Source: a bacterium (lineage in GTDB: Bacteria; Zhuqueibacterota; Zhuqueibacteria; Residuimicrobiales; Krinioviventaceae). Taken from it: 64,000 nucleotides of DNA. Numbering within the stretch: the first letter of the stretch is position 1; every line of letters starts with the position of its first letter. The notes below the pieces were generated by a model. That model did not search any database. It was given only the letters and a program-made list of their open reading frames with translations, and had not been told where the DNA came from. Where the stretch lies: positions 704,001-768,000 of the forward strand of contig CAXXMD010000002.1 of assembly GCA_963675755.2 (NCBI GenBank), given 5' to 3'. Position numbers and translations under genes: made by a program. This document shows positions 11,652-20,256 of this stretch, one piece after another.

Positions 11652-13742
11652 ATGAAACGATCATTATTAATTACAGGCCTTTGTCTGTTATTTATCACAA
11701 TGCTTTCACAGCTTGCGGTTGCCAATACCAATGAAGCTTTTATGCGTATTGGCCGGTTGTGGTCTGTTGCTGAATATGACGGAGCAGAGGGCTGGACAGC
11801 TCAATACGCCTGGCCAGGAGGACGCATAAGGTTCCCGGATTCAGATGTAAAAGAAATGTTTGGAGCTAATGTACGTAAAACCGGTACTTTGGCTGGATCA
11901 AAAAACTGGACTGGACCCAATGGTGAATTATTTGCATATTGGACCTCCGGTATGTACCGTACTTATGATTATGACTATCTTCCCTATTGGAAAGATCAGC
12001 AGGAATTGACTGCTCTGTATCCAGTAGATCAACAACTTATTCAACGTTGGGCACAACCTAATGTTGTAGTAAATGGTGTTGCCGTAGCTTCTGATGGTGG
12101 CGATGATTTTACTGATCTTCATACAAATACTATAGTTGATCCTACTCTTGTAACTGAAAGAGCAATTCGTTCAGTTTGGAGATACTCTATGGGTGTTGAA
12201 TATGATCGTATGATGTACGGTTACAGTACTCCCGGTCATGAAGATTATGTATTGTATGATATTAACTTCACAAACAATGGAAAAATCTACGGTTATCCTG
12301 ATGCTGAAGACGGTGGTCCGACAATTTGGCCTTATGCAGATTGGGCATGGCAACTGGAAGGTCAGAAAATTGAAGATTTCTGGTGGTCAATGACTATGGA
12401 TCCCAGACCCTCTAATTTAGGTCAAAATGCATCTTTTGGTTCTTCCGATGCTGTTGGTGAATTCATTGCACCATATGCTGATGAAGGTAAAGAACGTGCA
12501 TTTGCATTGTTTTATGATGGTGATGGTGAAGGCGGAGTTGTAGACTGGGGCGATCCCGGTAGTACCGATGAATGGGTAGAATTGTTATCCCCTGCTTTCA
12601 TTATTCATGGTGCATTGTATGCAGATGAAAGTCCTAAAAATAAAGTTAATGACTGGACACAACCCAAATCTACTACAATCAGACATGAACGCGATTATGA
12701 TTTAGGTAAAACCCCTAAAACCATGGCTGACCAATACAATGCTATGTTTGTTGAAGGACAACATTGGCCATTGAATGTTTCACATCGTGAAATTGCTTCT
12801 GATATCAAAATCCCTAGTGCATATAACTGTTTCGGTCCTTATGATTTTGATTATAATGAATCCATCAATATTACCTACGTTGTTGCGGCTGGTGGTATTA
12901 ACCATGATCTCTGTATTGAATGGGGTAAAAAAGCAAAAGAAGCCGACTATACAGGTCCGGTGATGGATGAACTCAAACAAGTATTTTTTACAGGTCGCGA
13001 TTCTGTATTACAAACTCTTGATCTTGCAAACTGGAACGTAAACGGTGATAAAGGTAATCATGCAAAATATGATGTTCCTGATGCTCCTCGTCCACCAGCA
13101 AACTTTATTGTTGATACTGAAGGTGCTGCAATTCGTTTGACATGGACTGATGAATCTGCTCAAGAAGCTGATTTTGATACCGGTGTTAACGATTTCGCTG
13201 GCTATCGTGTATACAAAGCTGTTGGTGCTCGTGACAGTACCTACAGAGTTATTTATGATGGTAAAGATCTTACTTGTCTTGATACTGAAGTATCTCCAGG
13301 TTTTCAATATTTTTATTATCTGGTTGCTTATGATGATGGTACACAAAACTGGGAAAATCCTGGTGTATCTCTTGAAAGTGGTAAATATTACTGCTGGACT
13401 GGTTGGGCTCCTGAAGGTGCAAAACCTGCTGTTGCCCCAATTACTCAAGAGAGTAAACTTGAAGATATTCGGGTTATTCCTAATCCATACAGTGCTGCTG
13501 GTATGAATTTCCCGGGTGAAGAAGATAAAATCAGGTTTGCTGGATTACCAGGCAACTGTACTATCAGAATTTTTACTACCAATGGTGATTTTGTACATGA
13601 AATCATTCATGACAATGGTGGTGGAGATGAAGACTGGAATCTCCGTACTGAAGATAACCAATATGTTGTTAGTGATGTATACATCTATACAATAGAAAGC
13701 GATTTAGGCGATCATGTTGGCAAATTCATCATTATCAGGTAA
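11652..13742 (+). CDS. Secreted protein with FN3 domain and T9SS-type C-terminal sorting domain
   Basis: Signal peptide; PDAPRPP...GYRVYK...YYYLVAYD FN3; IRVIPNPY...CTIRIFT...GKFIIIR CTD. Confidence 0.8.
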   Translation: MKRSLLITGLCLLFITMLSQLAVANTNEAFMRIGRLWSVAEYDGAEGWTAQYAWPGGRIRFPDSDVKEMFGANVRKTGTLAGSKNWTGPNGELFAYWTSGMYRTYDYDYLPYWKDQQELTALYPVDQQLIQRWAQPNVVVNGVAVASDGGDDFTDLHTNTIVDPTLVTERAIRSVWRYSMGVEYDRMMYGYSTPGHEDYVLYDINFTNNGKIYGYPDAEDGGPTIWPYADWAWQLEGQKIEDFWWSMTMDPRPSNLGQNASFGSSDAVGEFIAPYADEGKERAFALFYDGDGEGGVVDWGDPGSTDEWVELLSPAFIIHGALYADESPKNKVNDWTQPKSTTIRHERDYDLGKTPKTMADQYNAMFVEGQHWPLNVSHREIASDIKIPSAYNCFGPYDFDYNESINITYVVAAGGINHDLCIEWGKKAKEADYTGPVMDELKQVFFTGRDSVLQTLDLANWNVNGDKGNHAKYDVPDAPRPPANFIVDTEGAAIRLTWTDESAQEADFDTGVNDFAGYRVYKAVGARDSTYRVIYDGKDLTCLDTEVSPGFQYFYYLVAYDDGTQNWENPGVSLESGKYYCWTGWAPEGAKPAVAPITQESKLEDIRVIPNPYSAAGMNFPGEEDKIRFAGLPGNCTIRIFTTNGDFVHEIIHDNGGGDEDWNLRTEDNQYVVSDVYIYTIESDLGDHVGKFIIIR

Positions 13743-13799
13743 TTCGTTATGGCAGGTATCGAATCTGTCATTAAAAATATTGAAACGGAGGCAAACTTC

Positions 13800-14819
13800 A
13801 TGAAGAAACTTTTTGTTTTATTTATTATACTATGTCTGTTCATGACAACGCAGCCGTCATTTGCTAAAATGCAAAAAACAGGTCAAGCAGGTTTGACATT
13901 TTTGCGTGTAGGCGGTAGTGCACGAGCATCTGGCATGGCGGATGTATTCACCTTTGCAAAAGGTGATTTAGCTAGCATCTTTTATAATCCAGCAGGTTTA
14001 GCGACTGTTGATGGAGCAGCATTCTTTTTTAACAATACCAGTTGGATTGCGGATATGAATCTTTCACACATGGCAGTATCTTATGATGCTGATACATGGG
14101 GTGTATTCGCACTTTCTTTTTCATCAATCGATTACGGTGATATCAATGGTACTGTAATTTCAACATCAGATGCCAGAGGTTATTCTGATATTGATGTTGG
14201 TGATGTTGGTGGTATGGCGATTGGATTGTCATATGGTATTCAAATGACTGACCGCTTTTCTATTGGTGGTACAGCAAAATTCATCAACCAGGCATTAGGA
14301 CAGAATGATACATATGTTGCTGATTTATTGGAAACTCCTGGTAAAGAAAACAAAATCGACTGCTTTGCATTCGATTTTGGTACCATGTATGATACTGGTA
14401 TCAGAAGCCTGGTACTTTCAATGTCTATTCAAAATTATTCTGGACAACAATTATACGAAAATGAAGAATTTCAACTTCCTCAGACTTATCGTATTGGAAT
14501 TTCCGGAAATCTTTTTGAATTATTACCACTTGGTATGGAAAACCAACAGTTGACTGTAGCACTTGAAGGTGTTGATCAACCAGACCGTGAAGAATTTCTG
14601 GCAGCAGGTATGGAATATAACTTGTTGAACATGATTGACTTGCGAACTGGTTATAACTTTCAACGTCGTCAAGACAATGTTGGTGGATTAAATGCTGGTA
14701 TCGGTTTTAAATTGGAAAGCTTTAATCTTCCTTTTAATGGTAGATTTGATATTTCTTATAGCGATTTTGGTAGCGTTTTTGATGACGTTATCCGCTTCTC
14801 TATTCAAGGTTCCTTTTAA
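13800..14819 (+). CDS. PorV/PorQ family outer-membrane beta-barrel
   Basis: GLTFLRVGGSARASGM and IFYNPAGLA motifs; terminal Phe; RBS GGAGG before ATG 13800. Confidence 0.85.
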   Translation: MKKLFVLFIILCLFMTTQPSFAKMQKTGQAGLTFLRVGGSARASGMADVFTFAKGDLASIFYNPAGLATVDGAAFFFNNTSWIADMNLSHMAVSYDADTWGVFALSFSSIDYGDINGTVISTSDARGYSDIDVGDVGGMAIGLSYGIQMTDRFSIGGTAKFINQALGQNDTYVADLLETPGKENKIDCFAFDFGTMYDTGIRSLVLSMSIQNYSGQQLYENEEFQLPQTYRIGISGNLFELLPLGMENQQLTVALEGVDQPDREEFLAAGMEYNLLNMIDLRTGYNFQRRQDNVGGLNAGIGFKLESFNLPFNGRFDISYSDFGSVFDDVIRFSIQGSF

Positions 14820-14847
14820 TTATTATTGAAGGAAACTAGTTCTACCC

Positions 14848-14877
14848 AAAGCCCTGTCTTTTGACAGGGCTTTTTTA
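14848..14877. terminator. Intrinsic terminator between convergent genes
   Basis: AAAGCCCTGTC-TTTT-GACAGGGCTTT followed by a T run. Confidence 0.9.
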
Positions 14878-16512
14878 TTATTTTAGGTCTAATACTGGTA
14901 AAATTATACAAGATGGTGTATCTATACCATAGAACATGGTTTGTACTGAATTTATAATATTTACTGCTTCAACCAAAGGCTCACCTGAATTTAAATTACG
15001 ATTAAATCTTGGAAACCATGATGAAGTGACTACTAATCGAAGTTGATGTTTTGGATTCACTTGATATCCTGTTGCCCATAAAGACACATCTATTTTCCGT
15101 CTTTCCGGTGCATTAGGATCACTGAAAATCTTTGCTCCCCCCTCCTGTATATTTAAAATTTTTCCATCTGGAAAAACGTCCTGCAAACATACAATGATAT
15201 CTGTACTGGATACATCTGTTTTAATATACAATTCAGCATTAATCGGGCCTAACAGTGTCAAAGCTGTATCTAGTGGACTAGATACAAAAACCAGTTGATC
15301 ATTACGATCAATATTATTATTCTGCCATGCAGGGCCTACATCCTGGCCTATAATAGTCCCTCCTAATGATGGATACGGATATGAAGGATTATATTCCCAT
15401 GTATATTTACCGTTGTTATTTGCTTCTGTTAAAAGAGTATTATTGTCTCCAATGTAAAGATTTTTAAATTCAACATTTGCCGGCGGCCATTGATCAAAAG
15501 AATACCATTCATTACGCTGCATTATAAATGCATGTAATGGCTTTGCTTCAAATGGAGGTTGTATAATATTAGTTTCTTTATTCAACATATATTTATCAAC
15601 CAACCTGTGTAAAACAGGGGCGACAACTTTACCATAATCTGCATTATCACCAAATTCAACTTTTGCGGCAAAAGATCCATGGGCCCAGGGACCTATAAAT
15701 AAATAACTATCAGGATTTCGGTTAGAACCTAGTGCCATAAAATCCATTATTTGAGGCATTAAAAAAATATCATACCAGCCGGCTGCAGCAAATACAGGAA
15801 TGCTATATTCCCCCCTGTGATCCATCTTGCCCCAATAGGTATCATAATATTCATGAGAAATCCAGTCGTCTGTAAAAGGATTGTTTTTATATGTAGAATC
15901 ATCTGCTATTGATAATGGCAGGTAATAATAACTCTTTTCCATTTTTTCAGGACTTATGGCATTTACTGTTTTAGAATCAACCAACAGTCCCCAACGAAAA
16001 GCCAATCCAAGAGACATCAAGCCATCAGGATACAAGGCATCATACATATTTGCTGTTGTAAAAATAGGTGAGATCATGTCAAGCTGGTCTGCTACCGCCC
16101 ATTGTGTATAACCCAAATAACTTCCACCCCATCCACAAATTTTTCCATTTGACCAGTTTTGAGTTCTAATCCATTCAACTGTTTTAGAACCATCAGCTCT
16201 GTCATTTTTAAACGGATAAAACGTTCCTGTAGAACCAAATTTACCACGGGTATCCTGACAGACTACTGCATATCCTTTCTCAACAAACTTTTCCGGTTCA
16301 TTTTTTATATTTTCTCTCCCGTATGGAGTGAGATATAAAATGCATGGATATTGTCCGGTTGTATCAGGTAAATAAACATCTGTTGCAAGTTTTACTGAAT
16401 CATTGATACTGATGTATTCAATAGTTTTAATCATACTCCAACCGGAGGAATTGAATAAAAATAGCATAGTAAACAGACTACATGTAGATACTACCAATTT
16501 TAATTTGGTCAT
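14878..16512 (-). CDS. CocE/NonD family serine hydrolase, secreted
   Basis: LATDVYLP, TPYG, QDTRGKFGS, GGSYLG nucleophile, GWYDIF, IGPWAH and FPRFNRN motifs. Confidence 0.95.
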   Translation of the reverse strand: MTKLKLVVSTCSLFTMLFLFNSSGWSMIKTIEYISINDSVKLATDVYLPDTTGQYPCILYLTPYGRENIKNEPEKFVEKGYAVVCQDTRGKFGSTGTFYPFKNDRADGSKTVEWIRTQNWSNGKICGWGGSYLGYTQWAVADQLDMISPIFTTANMYDALYPDGLMSLGLAFRWGLLVDSKTVNAISPEKMEKSYYYLPLSIADDSTYKNNPFTDDWISHEYYDTYWGKMDHRGEYSIPVFAAAGWYDIFLMPQIMDFMALGSNRNPDSYLFIGPWAHGSFAAKVEFGDNADYGKVVAPVLHRLVDKYMLNKETNIIQPPFEAKPLHAFIMQRNEWYSFDQWPPANVEFKNLYIGDNNTLLTEANNNGKYTWEYNPSYPYPSLGGTIIGQDVGPAWQNNNIDRNDQLVFVSSPLDTALTLLGPINAELYIKTDVSSTDIIVCLQDVFPDGKILNIQEGGAKIFSDPNAPERRKIDVSLWATGYQVNPKHQLRLVVTSSWFPRFNRNLNSGEPLVEAVNIINSVQTMFYGIDTPSCIILPVLDLK

Positions 16513-16645
16513 TTTTTTAGTCCTTGAAAAAAATGTGAATGTTAATGATTAAACAATCATACAAGAATATTTATTTTTGTTTTAAAATTAAATTAATAAT
16601 TTTTATATTTATTCAAATCAATTTTATCTAAATGAGAAAATTTAA

Positions 16646-17476
16646 ATGATTTCTTACAATTGCCTTTTTACTTTTAAATATAATATTAATACAATCATCC
16701 TTTTATATACAATTTCATTATTTGCCTGGGGAATTGCTTTACAAGCTCAAGAGCCTGATATGGTATTGGTTAAAGGCGGATGGTTTATAATGGGAAGCGA
16801 TAGTGGAAGTTATGATGAACAACCTGCTCACAAAGTATCTGTAAGTGATTTCTTTATAGATAAATATGAGGTTACTAATAGACAATATTGTGAATTTTTA
16901 AACACCGTAGGAAATCAAATTGAAAATGGTAAAACCTGGTTGGATATGGGTTTTTCAGGCTGCAGAATTGAATTCGTTAATGATATTTATAGGCCTAAAA
17001 AAGGATTTGATGACAATCCTGTTATTGAAGTAACATGGTTTGGAGCAAATGCCTATGCAAAATGGATGGGCAAGAGATTGCCTACTGAAGCCGAGTGGGA
17101 ATATGCAGCTCAAGGTGGAATTAATTCAGAATCATATATCTTAAGTGGAAGCAATGATGCATCAACAGTCGCATGGTTTCAGGATAATTCTAATGGCAAA
17201 ACTCATCCAGTTGGAATAAAGCAACCAAATGAATTGGGAATTCATGATATGAGTGGTAATGTTTGGGAATGGTGTTCAGATTGGTATAGTGAAAATTATT
17301 ATGAACAAAGCCTGCAAAGAGATCCTACCGGTCCTTTAACAGGTACGCAAAAGGTTTTACGCGGTGGTGCCTGGAATGTTATGCCTCTGTTTCTCAATAT
17401 TACAAATCGTAGTTCAGACACACCCAACTTTGCATTAAATATTAGGGGATTCAGATGTGTGAAATCTTTTAATTGA
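16646..17476 (+). CDS. Formylglycine-generating-enzyme (FGE-sulfatase) domain protein
   Basis: FIMGS, YEVTN, RLPTEAEWEYAA, DMSGNVWEWC, RGGAW and GFRC motifs. Confidence 0.93.
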   Translation: MISYNCLFTFKYNINTIILLYTISLFAWGIALQAQEPDMVLVKGGWFIMGSDSGSYDEQPAHKVSVSDFFIDKYEVTNRQYCEFLNTVGNQIENGKTWLDMGFSGCRIEFVNDIYRPKKGFDDNPVIEVTWFGANAYAKWMGKRLPTEAEWEYAAQGGINSESYILSGSNDASTVAWFQDNSNGKTHPVGIKQPNELGIHDMSGNVWEWCSDWYSENYYEQSLQRDPTGPLTGTQKVLRGGAWNVMPLFLNITNRSSDTPNFALNIRGFRCVKSFN

Positions 17477-17497
17477 TAACTAATAGTTGGATTTGAC

Positions 17498-18211
17498 TTA
17501 TAGTGAAATTCCGAAAAATTCGGCATATTTAATTAAATCAGTTAATTTATTAGTTTCAAGCTTTTTCAAGAGATTGCGTCGATGTGTTTTAACTGTCAAG
17601 ATTGAAATAAAGAGTTGATCTGCTATAGTTTTATTTGTTTCTCCTTTTACAATCCATTTTAATATTTGTTTTTCACGTTTGGTTAGTCTGTCAAATTTAT
17701 GGAAATTCTTTTTCATAAAAAGATTTTCATCTAGAAGACGTTTGAGTTGCTTTTCCAACTCGCCAAATGTTTGTAATGGATTGGAAATAGTAAAAATTGT
17801 TTTATCGTCATCACGTATTTTTGAAAGAGATAAAAACCATTGATAATCGTGATCATTATTTCTTCGCATATATTGAAAATAGGCTAAAACCTGATTTTGA
17901 TCATGATTTTGAATAAAATTTTGTAATTTGGGTACTACAATTTCAGCAGAACTTGGATGTACTACGCTATATTGAAAGGCCGATCCTTCAATTGTTATTT
18001 CATCAAGATCTTTTTCAAAAAAATTTTCCATATTGGGACTTAGATATTCAAGTGTTATATCCATAGCGGAATTGAGGTGTAAAAAACCTGGTATAAAATC
18101 AGCAAGATCTGATATACTAAAATTTTTCTCAGATATCATTTGTTCTAATTGATAAACATCTGATTGAACATTTTCTAATCTTTCCTGATCAGTTCTCCCT
18201 TTACTCATCAA
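17498..18211 (-). CDS. PAS-like + LuxR HTH transcriptional regulator
   Basis: C-terminal LTKREKQIL...TNKTIADQLFISILTVKTHRRN. Confidence 0.9.
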   Translation of the reverse strand: MMSKGRTDQERLENVQSDVYQLEQMISEKNFSISDLADFIPGFLHLNSAMDITLEYLSPNMENFFEKDLDEITIEGSAFQYSVVHPSSAEIVVPKLQNFIQNHDQNQVLAYFQYMRRNNDHDYQWFLSLSKIRDDDKTIFTISNPLQTFGELEKQLKRLLDENLFMKKNFHKFDRLTKREKQILKWIVKGETNKTIADQLFISILTVKTHRRNLLKKLETNKLTDLIKYAEFFGISL

Positions 18212-18327
18212 GATTACCCCTTGGCATTTTTTAAAATTTATTTAAATAAAATCTTAAATTAAATGATAAAATTCAAGTTATTTTTATATGTATTTTGAAT
18301 AATCATAATTTTTAAATTATACAAATC

Positions 18328-18364
18328 AACCAACCCTGAGTAAAATGGTAACTCAGAGTTGGTT
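18328..18364 (-). terminator. Hairpin, probably the original terminator of the subtilase gene
   Basis: Minus strand AACCAACTCTGAGT-9nt-ACTCAGGGTTGGTT; the one mismatch is a G-U pair only on the minus strand; lies 17 bp from the reconstructed stop codon. Confidence 0.7.
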
Positions 18365-18431
18365 TAATTAATTATTTACGTTTAGGAAATATTTCCGGTA
18401 GGTTGTTTTGAAGATTGGAACATTTAATCAT

Positions 18432-18482
18432 TTTTTCAGCTAACGGAAGGAGCCCGTAGGACGACTGGAGTTAGCTGAAAAA
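18432..18482. repeat. Subterminal hairpin inside the element
   Basis: TTTTTCAGCTAAC...GTTAGCTGAAAAA arms enclosing GGAAGGAGCCCGTAGGACGACTGGA. Confidence 0.8.
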
Positions 18483-18519
18483 CTATGACAACCTAACCTA
18501 TTAATTCCTTTTCAAATTT

Positions 18520-19334
18520 TCAAGTTTTCTTTTGTTTCAAGTCTGAATGATAAATAAATACCAGATCACGATATTGTGTAATTGTCTTCTTACCTAATCC
18601 GGTAATCCTGACCATTCCATTAAATTAAAACCTTTTTCCAATAATAACTTTACGTTCTTGTAACTCTTCAGATACCGACTCGTCGATTCAATTGTATGAT
18701 TTGTGATCCGAGCAATATCCGGTTCAGGATAACCCTGCTCGTACAAATCTATGATTGCGACTTTATGTGTTGGCTTACTGCCCTGATCCAGCATCATTCC
18801 TTTTGTCGGCAATATATCATCATGCGTTTCATGATAAATTGTCATATACCGACCAATAGCGTTTAATGAACGATTTAATAATACACTGAGTTCTGCGCCT
18901 GTCAACCAGCCGCCCTGTTCTGCTGCACTTTTGCACAACCGCGCCATTACCTTAACATCCCGATCAACCTGCTTCTCATAATCAGCCCTGCCATCCTTGT
19001 CTCTATGAGAATAATGACTCTTGATTCGATTATCTATATCTTCATCTGTAACCAATGGCAGTACAACTGTCTGAACCTCATAATCTTCCGCTTTTGTACC
19101 ATAGCTTGGTTTTCGATTTGTCGCTTTGGTTGTTCGCCAGATAATCTGTCCAAAACTTTTCCTTTCCAGCTCCGGATAGAATTCGTTTTGTAAGGCCGTA
19201 ATATCTTCTGCGATCATTCGGATGACTTTATGGCTTCCTAACATTTTATAATTTTCTTCCAGTAAGCGAATTATTGCATTCTGGAAACTGCGTTTAGCTA
19301 TTGATTCATAACGATTTAAAGGTTTAGTCTTCAT
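18520..19334 (-). CDS. DUF1670-like protein B (probable 1-nt frameshift near 18617)
   Basis: AAEQGGWLT, PTKG...DQG...THK...IIDLYEQG and NHTIESTSRY motifs; RBS AAGGAGG; adding one A extends the ORF with MVRITGLGKKTITQYRDLV... to TGA at 18520. Confidence 0.75.
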
Positions 19335-20151
19335 AGTGCCCCTCCTTTGGTTGTTTTTTTTTCGAGGGGTATAACACCTTTAATTGATCCAATAACTCTA
19401 CATAGATCGACGGCCATTTGTCACCCTGTTTATGATGCTCAAAAATATCCAGATACTCGCGAGTCAGACGTTCACTTTGGCCTAATAACCGGCTGATCTC
19501 TTTAATGTCTTGCATACCATGATTCAATAAAAGTAATAATCTGCCAAAGCTGCACACATATCGCTTTATTGAAAATGCGCTATGCCGACTTTTACGAATA
19601 ATTGCATCGTATGTGTCACCCTGCAAATACAGTTCAATAATGCGGCTTTTGTGTGACAAACTCCGACCAATGTCATGGTCTGTTCCGCGTGTGTGAACAA
19701 AATTGCCGTCTGTCTGCAATGCCCTTATATCCTGGCGTACAGTGCGACTCGTAACCTGGAGGATTCGGGCCAAATCCTCTTGTGTCAAAGAACCTTCCTG
19801 GTCCCAGGCTTCTTCAGTCAATCGCAATACCTTTAGCTGCCGTAATGCCCTTGGACCACTTTCCTTTAAAATATTTAAATCTTCGATTCCCGCATCCAGT
19901 GTTAATTCAACCTCTATTAACTCCTGCTCGCCCAGAGGCTTGCCATGTTTGGCTTTGGTGGATGCGCAGATATATTTCATTTTACCAACCGTCTGGGGGG
20001 CTTCGCCAAATAAACACTGTTTGGCCAGATCCAATATCCCTTTACTTTCTGCCGGTGATAATTCAAATTCCTTTCGCAAAGAATTGATGAATACTTGCTC
20101 GGGTGTTTTTTCTAATATCCTGTCATACAAACTACTACGAGTATTGTACAT
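19324..20151 (-). CDS. DUF1670-like protein A
   Basis: EEAWDQEGSLTQEDLA, HTRG...DIG...SHK...IIELYLQG and RHSAFSIKRY motifs; RBS GGAGG; paralogous to protein B. Confidence 0.8.
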   Translation of the reverse strand: MYNTRSSLYDRILEKTPEQVFINSLRKEFELSPAESKGILDLAKQCLFGEAPQTVGKMKYICASTKAKHGKPLGEQELIEVELTLDAGIEDLNILKESGPRALRQLKVLRLTEEAWDQEGSLTQEDLARILQVTSRTVRQDIRALQTDGNFVHTRGTDHDIGRSLSHKSRIIELYLQGDTYDAIIRKSRHSAFSIKRYVCSFGRLLLLLNHGMQDIKEISRLLGQSERLTREYLDIFEHHKQGDKWPSIYVELLDQLKVLYPSKKKQPKEGHYED

Positions 20152-20256
20152 TGGTCCTCCGGTAAGTTTTGAAATCTTTATTTGCCTTCCGGTTACTTCC
20201 TTTAAATACTATATGAAATAACCACCTTTTTTCCAAAACCTACCGGAAAATTTTCC

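Larger units (their letters stand above)
18385..20256 (-). mobile_element. IS-like element with TIRs and TTA target duplication, encoding two DUF1670-like proteins
   Basis: Left end GGAAATATTTCCGGTAGGTT (18385-18404); right end reverse complement GGAAAATTTTCCGGTAGGTT (18/20 identical); TTA at 18382-18384 and 20257-20259. Confidence 0.85.

Noticed and set aside
19703-20221. 172-aa antisense ORF inside the element as a hidden transposase
   Set aside because: Shadow of ORF A, with no motifs or RBS
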